Shown: positions 1-14,000 of the stretch, one piece after another
Layout of the letters: every line of letters begins with the position of its first letter
Position numbering within the stretch: position 1 is the first letter of the stretch
Assembly: GCA_012295275.1 (NCBI GenBank)
Contig: CM022679.1
Coordinates: forward strand, 8,618,001 to 8,682,000
From: Chrysomallon squamiferum
Lineage: Eukaryota; Animalia; Mollusca
Direction: 5' to 3'
Length of the DNA stretch: 64,000 bases
Made by a program: the position numbers and the translations under genes
Notes under the pieces: generated by a model
Database searches by the model: none
What the model saw: only the letters and a program-made list of their open reading frames with translations
Told to the model about the DNA's origin: nothing

Positions 1-811
1 ATGCCATTTGGCATCTTTTCATATCCTTCAGGCATTCCTAAAGACATGTCAGGTGGGTTTTAACTCCAAAGATGAATTTTTAGTCTCAGAGAAAATGTAC
101 ATTGTAATGCATTGTATCAATCATCCATGCAGGTATGCATTTTTTTAAATCTCTATTATGGCTAAACAAAAAATATTATACCCAGGAAACTTTTATATGT
201 GAACTTTATGCATACATGTAGGCCTACAATGTCTTACTCGATGATTAAGAGAGATGGTGATTCCTAGCATCCAGAATTGATCATTCAGGTTTTAGTTAAT
301 CAGATGTTAATGGCTGAAAAGGTGTTATTTTCATGTATGTGCATTTTTTAAATCTATATTGTGGCTAAACAAAAAATATTACACCCAGGAAACTTTTATA
401 TGTTTTAGTTAACATGTGGGAGATTAAATTTCAATAAAGGTCATCTCAAGATCACGTGATCCACATGATCAATTTCAAGGTCATAGCAAAGGTCAAGGTA
501 CTCCAATATTTTCCAAACTAAACAAAAATGGCAGATTTGGTATCCTTGTTATTTTGCCTTTCTAACAATACCAATTTTATGAAGATTGGCCCAGTAGTTC
601 CTGAGATATGAGGGTTCTAAGGTTGGTGGTCACGCCCATTTTTGGCAAAAATCTCAAAATTCCGTGGGCCATATCTCCCACACCACTGGTCTGATTGGGC
701 TAATATTTCAGATTTGGTGCTGTGGGATCCCAGTCAACAAGTATACCAAGTTTCATAAAAATCTGAGACGGTCGGGTTTAAACCATTGGGTGATTTGACA
801 CGGAATGACCC
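1..811. mobile_element. Probable end of a non-autonomous DNA transposon or interspersed repeat (truncated by the window start)
   Basis: Higher GC and CpG than its flanks, ending abruptly at ...TTTGACACGGAATGACCC (811), whose reverse complement GGGTCATTCCGTGTCAAA looks like a TIR. Internal ~70-bp direct repeat (~132-200 vs ~336-403). Contains AAGGTCA and 'GTTCCTGAGATAT' motifs typical of invertebrate MITE-like repeats. The partner TIR is not in the window. Confidence 0.45.
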
Positions 812-2333
812 TAATGCATTATAACTAATCTATTTTACTTGCTGTAAGAATAAATGAACTGCTGCCAAATGATGTCCACTAAATATAAAAACTGGTTGTA
901 ATGCATTTTCATTTAATATTCATTATATTATTTCTGTTGTATTATTTAAAGAAAAATATACACAGAAGTTCTACATCTATCTTTAATCGTATTTTTTTCC
1001 ATTCTGTAAGTAATTAATGCACCTTTTCTTGGCAACTTTGTCATTGTTTATCATAATTTATTATGATAAACATAGTTTCATCGTTAATGGTTGACTATAA
1101 TTACTTTATTAATTTCATCACTTAAAAGTTTAAAAACAGAATATACTGCCTTACTTATTTATAAGACACAGCAGAATTTCATATTAATAAAAAGTAAATG
1201 AAAATTTAAAAAATAGCTGTCATAATCAGTTATAAAGTAAAATTATGAATTTTAAAATGAGATTAATTAAATAGAATTAGTTTAATGGTTAATGTATTTA
1301 ACTTTCAATAGCAATGTCAAAGAAGAACCAGTGTCCAGCAGAAAATACTTAATTTCCACTGAATATACTTTGCTGTTTCCATTCATATTTCAGCAATTTT
1401 GACATCTTTACCCATGGTGGGGATGTCAGATTGAATTAACTGGAAATGTTAGGTTTCCTAAATCATCAATTATGTTCTGATGTCTAATTATGTTTGTTAA
1501 TAAAATCTGATGAAATAAAAATATCCTTCAATCTTTTTCATTGTTGTAGTAAGTTGCAACAAATTTTGATTTTTTTTTTTTGTTGAAACATAATTGTCTG
1601 CATATGCTTTATTTATTATTAGGTGTAAAATAACCTACTTAACAAATCTAAAGTCAGATTTTGTTGGTCAAATGATTTTTCAAATATTTAATAAATAAAC
1701 AAAATAACTAGTAATTCTTGAGGAATTTTGGGCCCCATTTATTAACAAAAATAGTAAAGTTATTTCTTATTAAATTACATGAATCAATTTATGTTGATTT
1801 CTCTGTGATTGTGTTATATATTCTAAATATCAAACAACAAAACGTTCTTCTTTTATCAAAATCACAATATTTTTAATAAAAAATGTCTACTGTTAAATTA
1901 TCACTCAAGAGAAATAAAATACCCATAACTTATAATTATCCAAACGTTTGTACAAGTTCCATTGAGCTTAAAGGTTAATTTTAATCTATAGGACTATACA
2001 TAAATTCTATAATACAATTTTGTAAAATGTTGCTGACTATGCAATTTGATTACAAATACCAGTATTTCATCCATTTGTTTATGAGCTTTTTGCAATGGCT
2101 GCCTATGCTAAATTAGCAAAACACAGAGGTACATACATATATATGACAATTATAAACAAAAGAAAACATAAAACAACATGGTATTCTGTATTAAATAAAT
2201 TTTCATTTTTTGCTCTATGCCTGTCTCTACAGCACTGAACCAATATCCTATCACATGGTATTTAAGTAGCTGCATCAGTGTCTATGAAAGTATTGTGGTA
2301 ATAAAGTGCCCCATCATGTGTACATTCTTTCTC

Positions 2334-5300
2334 CTATGGGGTTTGACTTATGGAAGATGAAAGGATGTGTGTACGATACTGCACGCTTAGTCCTGTCATC
2401 CAGAATTTCAACAGCTGCTGATCTTCATCTCTGGCTCCAACCACTTGAAGCAGTTTAGCAGTGTCCTCCTGTGATCTGCTTCCCCCAGCTTTAGTAAATT
2501 TGAATAACACTTTCACCTTGCTGCAAAAACATAATTATTTTTCACTTGTAAAATCTCAAATAACAAAACAACCCTCCTGACAGATTAAGTACTGACAATG
2601 TATGTATATTATTTTTTTAACAAATAAGTTGTGTAACATTTTTTGTCATTTCCAAATACATATTCTCAAAATGCTATTTTATTAACAAAATATCTTTACA
2701 ACAAATATAAACTGATATATTAATGCAATATAATTCTACATACAGAAGTTTTTCAAAGCACAGGGAAAAATTACTCACTTCATCCATTCTTCTTTCAAAC
2801 AAACAAAACAAGATTCCACTACTTCTAGTGTAAGATTTTCATTCTGAATAGCTAGCTCCATTTTCTTCAGAACAGTTGGAGCTGAAAAATAGCCAAAACG
2901 TGTAGTTATTTCACTTGTACTAAATTAATAAATATTTTTTCAAATGATAAATAAAAAGAGAAGAGAATTTACAACAAGGAACAATACATGTAAAAGTAAG
3001 GGATGTTAGATTTTTATATTACAATATCTTGTATAATGAACATTTGAGAAAGAAAAATTGTTACTACCCTCTGTTGGATTCTCTTATTAATCTGTTGCCA
3101 GAGAACTTGTATGTGGACCATTCACGTCCATGGTTACATTTTATGAAAGAACAACAGACACGATTATTTTACCTTTAACTGGAAGTGTAACTGGGCTGGA
3201 CATCTTGAAAATGTATGCAGACAGCAATTCGTTTAATTCTCCTTTTTCTGAATCGAGTGAATTTAATGAATTGTCTCTCTGCTCAGGGTCTGTTGTTCCC
3301 GAATGTTTCACTTCTAACAGGACAAACATCTCGGATGACATCACATGCTTTGGCACTAACACGCCAGACTTCAATCCAAGAAAATTGCATCTCCAAGATT
3401 CTTCATACTTACTACTGTAACAGATAGTTCTGCAGCAGCCTTTGGGCAGCAAACACTGCAAAACAAAAATAAATTAATCATTAATATAAACTTTACCTCA
3501 GTGAAAATTAATTACTTTACCTTTTCATTGTTGTTATTGAATTTAACTGTGATATGGCTTGAGGATTGCAGCATGTAAAAAAAAAAAAAATGTCGTTATG
3601 GTAAAGTTATATTTAGCTCTATCCTGACACTTTGTTGCCACCAGTGTTCCAAAAAAAAAAAAAGAAAAAAAAAAATAAAGTAGACTTTTATAAAAATAAA
3701 AAAGAATAAAGATAAATTGTATCTTTCGAAAATTTGTCTCAAACCATTTATTCAGATGCAAATATCAAAAGATGATGAACAGTTACTTAATTATGTTGCA
3801 TTATTCATGTATCCTATAAATAATTTTGGAGTCACAGTGAAAAAACAATTAAGCTATTTTCACTTTCTCCTTGAATATCACAGAATGTAACAAACAGCTT
3901 ACTTTTAATGCAATCAGAATGGATTTCACTAATGATTTTGGTGACCCAGTCACAATAACCTGATTGCCAATAACAGCATGATGAGCCAAAATGTGAAACT
4001 GATTGTGTCCAAGAACCTGTGTGTTAGAAATGAAATAACAATTATACCACTGATACATATCACTTTTAACCAAAAGAAATTAAAAACAAATTAGATTCAT
4101 AAAATAATGATTAACTTATAAGTAAGTAGCATATTAAAATATTTAAGAAAACAATTGTGTTATTAAAATTGTTTTATAGATTTATTACAAATTAACAATT
4201 TTCTCCAATTTTTAATATAACATGAAACTGTAATTCACATTGCTGATTATATAATTATCTTTTTCTACAGATACATTATAGTATTTGGATGCCATAAAAC
4301 ATGGCTAATACTAATATAATTTATTATTAAATATTGTGTATCTCTGAACGTACCTTTCTGAGATGCCTGATGTTCTTTATAACTGGTGATGATACATCGC
4401 CTACACCCATATCAATACTGTTGTCACTCTCATCTTCAGAGCTGTGCAGTGTGTCACCTTCACCAAGTTTCCTTGTGTAAACCTTAATAAATCCATCCTC
4501 TGTTTCTGTTAAGAAATACAAAATGTTGACCAATGTTGAAAAATAAAAACATTATCCTGAATGATTCTGAAAACCAGTTACAACAGATTCTCCATCTTAA
4601 ATTCCACTGAAAAATATAATGTATATGAAATGTATATTCATCATACAAATTATACACATTTTAGTACTTGTACTGAAACGTACAGAACTAATAACATCAT
4701 CATTTAAAATTATACAAAGTCTATTTAAACTGTTTGTTTTCATCACAACACAGAGCCATGGCTGGTACTGCCAAAGAGACTTACTATGAAATACCACAAG
4801 ATGCAAAAATCTGATGGACACCAAAATTTATTTAATAAAGTGTTTATTTGCATAGATAAAGACTACGAAACAATAAAATGAAAATAAACAGACTGTCATT
4901 ATTATTTTTTTGATGTGATAATACACTTAAAAGAACTCCTACCTCGGTTTTCATCAAAATGATACCACTACTAGTAATACTTCCAAGTACACAGGGACAC
5001 TAATTAATGTATTATCCACAAACAGTTATTATTTGTCGACAGAGAGACAGATTACCTTCTTGTTTTTCCATGTCAATGATGGAGTCCTCAGTGGGTGGAC
5101 CTTCCAGTAAAGTCTCAGAAATGCGATTACTGCACGACTTTAAAATCCACACAAACGACAAGTGGAGAAGCTTGAACACGTGACTGTATCCTGTCAGTTC
5201 AACCAGAGAACGAGCAGGTTTACCCCCCCGCCTCGAAGACGTTAACCTGTCTAATCGTGGCGGATTAGTCTTTTCATCCATTTCAAACACTCTGTCAGCT

Positions 5301-5940
5301 TTTGACTGCAAATTGTCTATCACAGTTTTTAAATGAGGCACCAGAAAAGGCCACGAATTTAAAAGATATATTTTATCCATCATTACTACCAAGATGCTGT
5401 TCCAACGTCTGAAACCGCGAGCCTGGCTGTCTGCCAGAAAAAAAGTGTAGCTTAGTACATGTCCGTATTGTTCATCTCCAAAAAATATCGGACCTTCTTT
5501 ACCTGGACATACCTGTAATGTAAAAACAGAACAAAAAAGACAACTCAAAAAAACAATTTTGACAAAATAAATCAATTTATATTAAATCTCTAGACTTTAT
5601 TATACACTATCTTAACATAATGAACAAAAACAATTTGTTTGGATAATCTAAACTAGAATCAGTTGAGTACACAAAAATAATATTATGATTTTTATTACTA
5701 TTATAATTTATATTCTTTGTCAATTTTACTTTTTTAAATCAAAATATTTTGATGATAATGCAATTGGCAGAAAAGATGTTTATATGTGAGTTATGGGTGT
5801 GTTTTTGAAAAGAAAGGAACAAAACATTGAGACTGACCAAGCTGATGTAACTGGATAAACTATAAAAAAAAATATTCATTTGTTTTACTCCCAAGATTAA
5901 TGTATTGTTACTTTAAAATAATAATAATAAAAGTAAAAAA

Positions 5941-6008
<68 letters not shown>

Positions 6009-6998
6009 CAAAAATATACAGGGTACCACAAACTGCATGGGAAACATAATTTCAGAGGCAATTTCTTTAAGAAAATGCTTAAATTTGAAACTGCCTGTAA
6101 TAAAAACAAGGTTTATTTTATACTGATTAAATATAAAAGTATTGGCTATCTATAAATTATCACAGATTTAACAACCTCACAACTGAGACTTCTAATGCAA
6201 GCTTGGCGGATTCTGCTGAACACTCTAGGATGATGGGGCTGCTGTTTGCTCACATAACTAACTTGGGCATCCTCATCATGAGTATAATATCCCGTTTTTA
6301 TTGAATAACATCCCTGCAAAAAAGAAATCCAAGAAACTTCACATTTGCAATGCTGCAAAGATATGATACAATATTCTTAAGATATTATATTTCTCTGTTA
6401 TCATTTAAACAAATTAAAAGTGAAAGATGATTAATAATAAAAAATAAAAAACTTGTTTATGATTTTAAATACATTTACTTAAATTTGTGAGTATTTACTT
6501 CTTAAATAATGAAACAGCATTAAGAGATCCATATTAATATTTTACCTTTAGTGAAAATATTATATACTGTTTTCTTTCAATAACAAATATTATAACAGAC
6601 ATACATATATATATATATATAAATGCACATACACACACATATCAAAAATAAAAACCTTTTCTAGTTGGAGCTAATAATTAATTAGGATTATCCTAAAAAT
6701 GTTCTCCTAAAATAATTTAATTGTGTAAGATAATTTATATGATAATTAATTAGCAAAGCTGTATATTCACCTCACAGAGATCATTTTTCATGCTGGGAAG
6801 AGATGTTGTGTTAGCCGATGTGTCACATGAGGAGTTTGAACTAATGGACGGAGACTTAACTCTCCATGATGATGCTGTAGCAGAATCATCACTCTCAACA
6901 TCTGTGCTGGGCTCCTGTGGTCGAAATGGTTGTGTACAAAACACAATCCTAGGACCATGCACCTCACAGAAGTGACACAAAGCAATGATGGCATTCAT
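2334..6998 (-). CDS. FLCN: Folliculin (longin + DENN, RagC/D GAP), 8 coding exons, ~553 aa
   Basis: Exons 6998-6771, 6313-6176, 5512-5056, 4505-4354, 4016-3903, 3455-3173, 2881-2779, 2520-2334; all GT-AG and phase-compatible, 1662 nt total. Signature motifs: [18 protein letters not shown]|GC zinc ligands, [11 protein letters not shown]|[29 protein letters not shown] (arginine finger), [34 protein letters not shown]. Confidence 0.97.
5941..6007. repeat. (TAAA)n/(TAA)n microsatellite in a FLCN intron
   Basis: Directly visible tandem repeat; it explains the spurious poly-Leu ORF 5897..6109. Confidence 0.9.
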
Positions 6999-7637
6999 AG
7001 CTCTACAAGTAGTGATACTGCATTAAAAAAAAAAGAATAAAGAAAAACAAAAAAAAGGAAAAAAAATTGATATAACAGTGTTTTTTATTATTATTGTTAT
7101 TATTATTTAATATTAGAAAGCCATTTTTTATTATTATATTTTTAAGATTATATATCTTATATAAAGAATTTATATATTTGTTATACAGATAAATTTGTAT
7201 GGCCTAAACATTCTACATTTCATTTGCTGTCTATGCAGATAAATATGTAATAATTATCAAATCTTTTTACTTAAAAAAAGTAAGTCAATAGCACTATGAA
7301 TATCAATATCAAAATATGATTAATTTGATTATATTTTTAGTATAAACATTTACATGAAAAAAAAAGTATTTAAAAATGTATTTTTAACACTTACTGTTTT
7401 GTAACACTGCAGTCTTATAAACTGTAAATTAATTAAAAGCCAGTTTTGAAATCACATCATAATTATAAACATTAGTAATATATGAACCCACAACGCGAAG
7501 ACATGCAAAAATCATGTGACAGTTGTTCATCGATTCTCTTCGAAAGCTTTTAATCTGTAACATGAGTATTTCGTTGTATATTTATTTGTTTCATTTACTA
7601 TTAACTATCGTGTTAATAAAATGCACATGATTCATAC

Positions 7638-8086
7638 CTTATCAAATTAGATATTTAATATACTGAACTTTGCTGTGCATTTAATAATTATTCAATTCAT
7701 TAGGTAAGTCGAAAATTCATTAAACCTATAGACTATAGTTAAACAAAAAATGTAAACAAACGCCCGAAGACAACCCAAGTAGCGAACTAAACCGCCGATT
7801 TTTTTATTATGCCGCCTATTACAGAATTATAACGAAGAAACCAATATCAGTCTAAATATTTGTTACACTCAATATGATTCGTTTTCTGAATTACAATTAT
7901 GCCAATCAATTTTGAGTTTTTAAACAAGTAGTAATGTTATTGCCATTTGTTTCAAAATGGAGGGAAAGGAACATTATCTGAATAGTAAAAAAGGCCAAAC
8001 ATTGTATTGAATGACTGTCACATGGAATCAGTACTGCCTTACGTAGAAATGAAACTACTGTTACTTATAATTAATTAAAGCAGATG
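7638..8086. promoter_or_regulatory. Putative bidirectional promoter and first exons shared by FLCN (-) and CCP110 (+)
   Basis: Minus-strand donor AAG|GTATGA at 7638/7637 pairs with the FLCN 5'UTR acceptor at 7018-7019. Plus-strand donor ATG|GTAAGT at 8086/8087. Local CpG enrichment at ~7760-7835 (CGCCCG, AGCGAA, ACCGCCGA, GCCGCC) in otherwise CpG-poor DNA. Confidence 0.55.
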
Positions 8087-11000
8087 GTAAGTAACAAAGT
8101 TATATTGCTTTGAATATTTTACCTGTTATACCTCCAGTTAATGACATAGGCGTCATAGGGCAGACAGGTTGAGGCCTGTTCTGAGTGTTCGAATTAATCA
8201 CAAATGATACCTGAAATTTGAATCAGATATGATATAACAACCGAAATTAATTTTCTTATACTTTGAAGTTTGTATACAATTTTACAAATAACATTTTTTT
8301 TTTTTTTTTTTATAAGAACATGTCAGATAATATGTCATTTGTGACTTTGCCAGATTATTTATAGATTGTACTATATTTATAATCGAATAATCTGTTGACG
8401 ATAGCACTGTCTGTACTTTTATTAAATATTAGTTTCAATTCAGACAATGAGAGCAGTTTGGGCTATACGTTTTGAAGTGCCATACTAAAGACACCAACTG
8501 AGAAATATACTATATATTCTTTTTCTGATACATTATTTACCTTTTTTTTAATATCTGCTGTTAATTTCATAGTTTATACAAGAGAAAAAAACAGCAACAT
8601 CCATATTTAGTATTGTGATTTCAAATTTGCCAGTAGTACAGCCACAACTATACTTTAATATAAAAACATGTAGTAAAAATAGTCTAATGAAATTCTTTAT
8701 AATGTAGATTGTTATTTTATTGCTGATAACTAAATAAGGCATAAAAATAATACTGTTGCAAAAGATTTTAGGCCTTATTAAAACGAATTTTGCTCTTATT
8801 GACTGTTACTGAGTTCATGGTGGAATGGCAGCTCTTTTTTTTCTCTTTTTTTTTTTATGACAATCTGAGAAGAAACAAGAGCAGATTTGTCCATCCTGCA
8901 TGTAATAAATCATGACAAGAGGCAAATGGCGCACCCTGACATTTTTGTACTGTTTTTGTTATATATATATGTGTGACAAAATTTTCAAAAATATTATTTT
9001 CCTATAAAATTTTATAGCATCAGAAACTGTGAAAAAGCACAAAAAAAAAAAATTCAGATTAAAATGACACCAAGATATCTTATTTAAATTAAATTGTGCC
9101 AGTATGTTTCGTTCAGAATCTATGGAGAAACTGTGATCTATTTCCTTCATTTGGCAACATACCCACTGATTTAAACCAATATGCATATATTATGTATCAA
9201 AATGAAGCTTTAGGTGTATTCTAGAGCTACAAAGTATTTTTAAGAATGTTGCTATCATTTTTTAAATTTTAATTAATTAACTGCAGTAATTAGCTCAAAC
9301 GTACCATATGCCTTAATTATGTAATTCTCAAAAACTCAATAGAAATTAAACCAGTATACAAAAAGAACATTTTTCAAGACTGGTGAATTGTAGAGGTCTT
9401 TTACAGTTTAAACCATTTTGCTGACCATGTTTTTTGTCAGTTATTTAATAACATTAATTAGTGTTAATTTGCCTTATGACTTCATTATATATAGATCAAT
9501 CTAAAAAAAAAAAAAAAAATCATAAAAATATAAGTTGCTAATCAACATCTTTATCAGAAAGAAAGTATTATCTAAAACTGGTATATTATGCCATATAGTT
9601 ACTAAATCAAACAAGTGAAATAACAAATCTTTCAGATATCAGCAGGAATCACTATGGCCACATCATTTGCTGAAAACACCTCACTTTTTTCTACCAAAAT
9701 TAAGTACCTGCTACCCTTAATATTTTTATTAAATTTGGCAGACTATGAAAGAAATGGATACTTTGAAACTTATTTATATATATGATTTAAAGTTCTGAAT
9801 AAGCTTAGCTTAGTCTCTGAGGTTTATCGAAGATAACATGTCAAGAAATACAAACGATGATGAAGCTGAATATGTGTACTGTATTATGATATTTGTTATT
9901 TTTGAAAATATATAAAAATAAATATGAAACCGAAACACAAATAAAGCAACCCTCTTCAGAGAAAGCAAAAACGCATCACAAAATTCAGGCAGTCTTCTCC
10001 CACGGAATATGCATTAAATAGATGCTTTTTAATTGTTATGAAATTTCAAAAATAACTTCAGGTATTTATTTTATTTTATTTCATTTATATATGTTATTGA
10101 TATTGACATAATTTATGACTAAATCATAGCTGGATACATTTAATATCATATTCTTTTATTATTTAATTAATATGAATTTATTTTTATTGTTCTATTATCA
10201 TTAGTATCATTTATATCAGACAAGAATTATAAAACCAGTTGTTTCCCAGGTGAGAATGAAACAGTGACCTGAAAAAAAGATATCTGTGATATATACTTAC
10301 TCTTTGCTTAATTCTTTGTTGTGTCAAAATAAAACATGTTGGTTCACGTTTTCTGATGACTATTTATTCAACTTGATTCTTTGCCAAATCTTTCATCAGG
10401 AAGAGAGTTCTGCGTATAACAGTCTTTGTATATATGCATATTTGTCATATGTCTTTTGAAAATAACTCTGACCTGCAATATTGTCCATACACCAGTATGT
10501 CTATTGTAATTGTTTTGGAAGACTTGGTAGGTCTGAATTAATTTAGTGTTATCACAAGTAGACTGCATGACAATGCTTTTGATTAGTAAATGAATGTGGG
10601 TGTACTGATGTGGGTGTAAGGATATACAGTTTATATTTGTGTACCCTTTCTTATTGTTGATGAATAACCAAGTTGATGATTAATATGTTTGTTGGTGATG
10701 GTTGGTAGTCTAGGTAAAATTGACAAAGTATAAATGAAGTTGTTACGTAGTTTTGACAAGATAAAGTAGTGTATCAGGTGAGTCTAATATATCACACTGG
10801 TTGTATGTTGTTGTTTTCCTTTTCTTCTCTATACTGACTTTCAACAACAAAATTCTTAGGTCAACTAATATTTTAAGTAGTGTAAAAAGTAACAGTTTGT
10901 CAAATTTGTGTCTGTATTTTGTTTTATTTTTTATTTTTATTTATTTGTTTATTTATTTTATTTTATTTTATTTCATTTTGATGTTGTTTTTCTCTCTTCT

Positions 11001-14000
11001 TTTTTGATGTTTTGATCTGATTCATCATGAAGTCTTTAGATCACTTAGATCTTACATCAAATCATCATCATTTTACACAATGTTGAACAAAGTTCAATAG
11101 TATGTCTCCTTCAAATACTAATATTTTGTGAGTTATGATAGTATTTTCAGGTGTCATTTGTTTGTCTGTTTTCAGGCACTGTGATTAAATATAGAATTTT
11201 CATATATATAATACTGAAGCTAAAATACTGTTTTCCGAGTTCTTTTTTGTCCCTTTTCCCCATTTCTTAATATTTTTTATAAGCATACGGGTGTAAATAC
11301 AGTAAAATTTATTTTTATTATTGTTCTGTTTGTCCTCATTTAAAGTTTGGTGTTTTTTAGACATTAGTTACATATAGTGAAATTAGATTACTTTAATCAT
11401 TTTTCAGTAAAATAACTGTTTTACATTTACTGGCTTTGTTCCTTTATTAGAAAAGAAAATTCAAATTTGACAACCATATCAGAATTTTATCTAGTTGTTG
11501 TACAGTTTATTTTCAGTGTCATAAAATAATAATTACTCATTCTCTGTAGCTCATTATTTTAGATAGTTAATTTTATCTAATAAAAACTTTTTATATAAAA
11601 AAGATCTTATTGATCTTTCTCTTATGTATTTGTGTTAAGTCCTGTTAGAAATCTGTATACATAATGGAAAAGTGCATTTTTAATTGATACTATATATAAA
11701 CAGAGACCTTTCCTTTTCTGCAGGCTATGTTACCAGCCACAATGGAAGAAACAATTCACTATTTTGAAAAACAAAATGAACTATTTGAAAGACTTGATAA
11801 CTCAGCAGCACTTAGAAGTTTGATTCCTGAATATATTTCGTGCATCAGATTCAATGGCATCCCAATACTGCCTCCTGTTGTAAGTATTTTACAACAATTT
11901 CAGTTTGAATTTTTCATTCTACATTTCACACTGTTCAGTGTTTATGCTTATTTATTTTACTGCATCTTTTTATGTTTTTTTTTCTGTTTTTTTTTTTTCA
12001 TTCTTTATTTGTAACTGTATTTGTCACGTATAAACAACAACAATAATTCATGTATTTTCAGATGACAGCTAAAAAAAGGGATGAAATGCAGACTTTAAAA
12101 AGTCAGGCTCAGGACTTAGAAAAGAAAACGAAGTCTCGTCAAAGAAAGTCATTAATGGCAAAGGCTCAGTCGATTGTGGATAGTGCCAAGGTATGAAATA
12201 ATTCTATGTTTTTTGATGTTCACAGATGTTTTTGGGGGTTACATTTTGGAAAGATTACTTGGATGTTGTTTTTATTATATAAAAATGAAAAACAATTTAA
12301 TTAATAATTTTGTTTTTGAACATCTCAGTACTTATTTACGCTAAGTTATTCACTGGAAAGTAAACTTTGGCTGCTCAGTAGTGGAAAAATAATAATAAGT
12401 GTGTACATATATAGTAATCTTGCACATATTTATTATTTATAGGTACTTTCTTCTTTACTTTTTTTATTTTCTTAATTTAAATTTTGCACTGTTAATAATT
12501 ATAAAAAATGTTAATGTCTTACTTTCTCACTTTATTTACAATAGATTTCCTAATTATACTTGATATTTAGCAAATCTTTAATTTATAGCAAAGGCCATTT
12601 TTGTTTAGAACTAGCATTGTTATATCTGTTCAAATGCACAGAAGCTATGTTAATAATGTTTACATTTAATGTCAGGATCCTGAAGAGAGTGTTACAAAAG
12701 TGGATACAGCTGTGGTAAATCGACAGTCACCTTTGCCATTATATCAGTTACCTGATGAAAATATTTCTAATACTTTATGTGATATTAACCCAAGGTGTAC
12801 CTTTGCAATGCTCGACACTAATGAAGATGCTGATAATGCTATTGGCATGACTCAGGATTCTCTTTCCTCTGATTTTGTGTCACTAGAAGAAACCTCTCTA
12901 CCCACAGTTTTCAACGGAATTCCTCTCACCTCTATCCAGCAGCAGCACATTTCTCAGACACTTGCCAAGTTGTCAAAAGCACTGAAGCTGGAGGATACTC
13001 AGAGTTTAAATTCCACAGGAAACAGTGAATTCAGTGAACTGTTGTCACAGAGAATTCCTCAAGGCCACCCAGTGCCTCAGACAGCATCGGCTGGAGAACC
13101 AGTTCCCTCAGTCCATCAAGAGAACAATTCAGAAAACAACTCCAGTGTTTTTCGTGAAAGTCAAGAAACAATAGTAGAAGTCTCTCAAGAGTTAGAAAGA
13201 AACTTATCTTCTGGAAATTCAGATTTCAAAAGCACCGATAAGCCAGATCTACATGTACCCCAAGATAGTCCACAACAAATATCACACAATGATTCTGGCA
13301 GTTTAGGTATGAATTCTAGTTTTAATTCAGCAAACACTTCAACTAATACAGCTGACAGTCATCACAGTAGCAAAAGTAGTCCAAAGTCATTGAAAAACAC
13401 TGTTCACTTTGCACAGTATGTGACTGAAATAACTAGGAAATCTGTCGAGGACAGTGTTGTGCAAAGAAAAATAGACCTAACTCCAACGAACAGTCCTAGA
13501 ATGATAGATCCCTTTTCCAAAAATAACATTACTTCTGATTTAGTTTCTGATGAAGCAAGTGAAAGTAAAACCAGCCCTTCTGGCATCAGGGCAGGAAGTC
13601 TGCTCAGCAGAGTAGACTTCAGTCCAGATTGTGACTCAGCTCCATCTCCTGTTCATGCAGCAACAGTTCCATTCCAGGCATACTCAGCAGAGGCTGAGTA
13701 TTCAACTTCAGATAAAGAAAATGAACAAAATCAGAGTTCTCAAACCCAGAAGTATCGAATTCCATCCATGTCTGTAGAATCAATGACTGGGCAGTCTTCT
13801 ACTTCAGGCCAATCAAATGTAACCAGTGAAGCTTCTCACATCAGAAACACTAATTTGTCCATGGGATCAAAGATTCCTTGGAAGACATCAGAATCAGAAA
13901 GCAGCACTCTGAAGGAAGAGTGCTTACTCTCAAAGGAATCTGATGGTTTCTTGCAATTTGCAGATGTCCCAGGATATGTAGATACTGACACTGGAAGTAC

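Noticed and set aside
8765-10570. Probable decayed repeat fragments and short ORFs in CP110 intron 1
   Set aside because: Composition hints at TE relics, but I could not define termini or a family.
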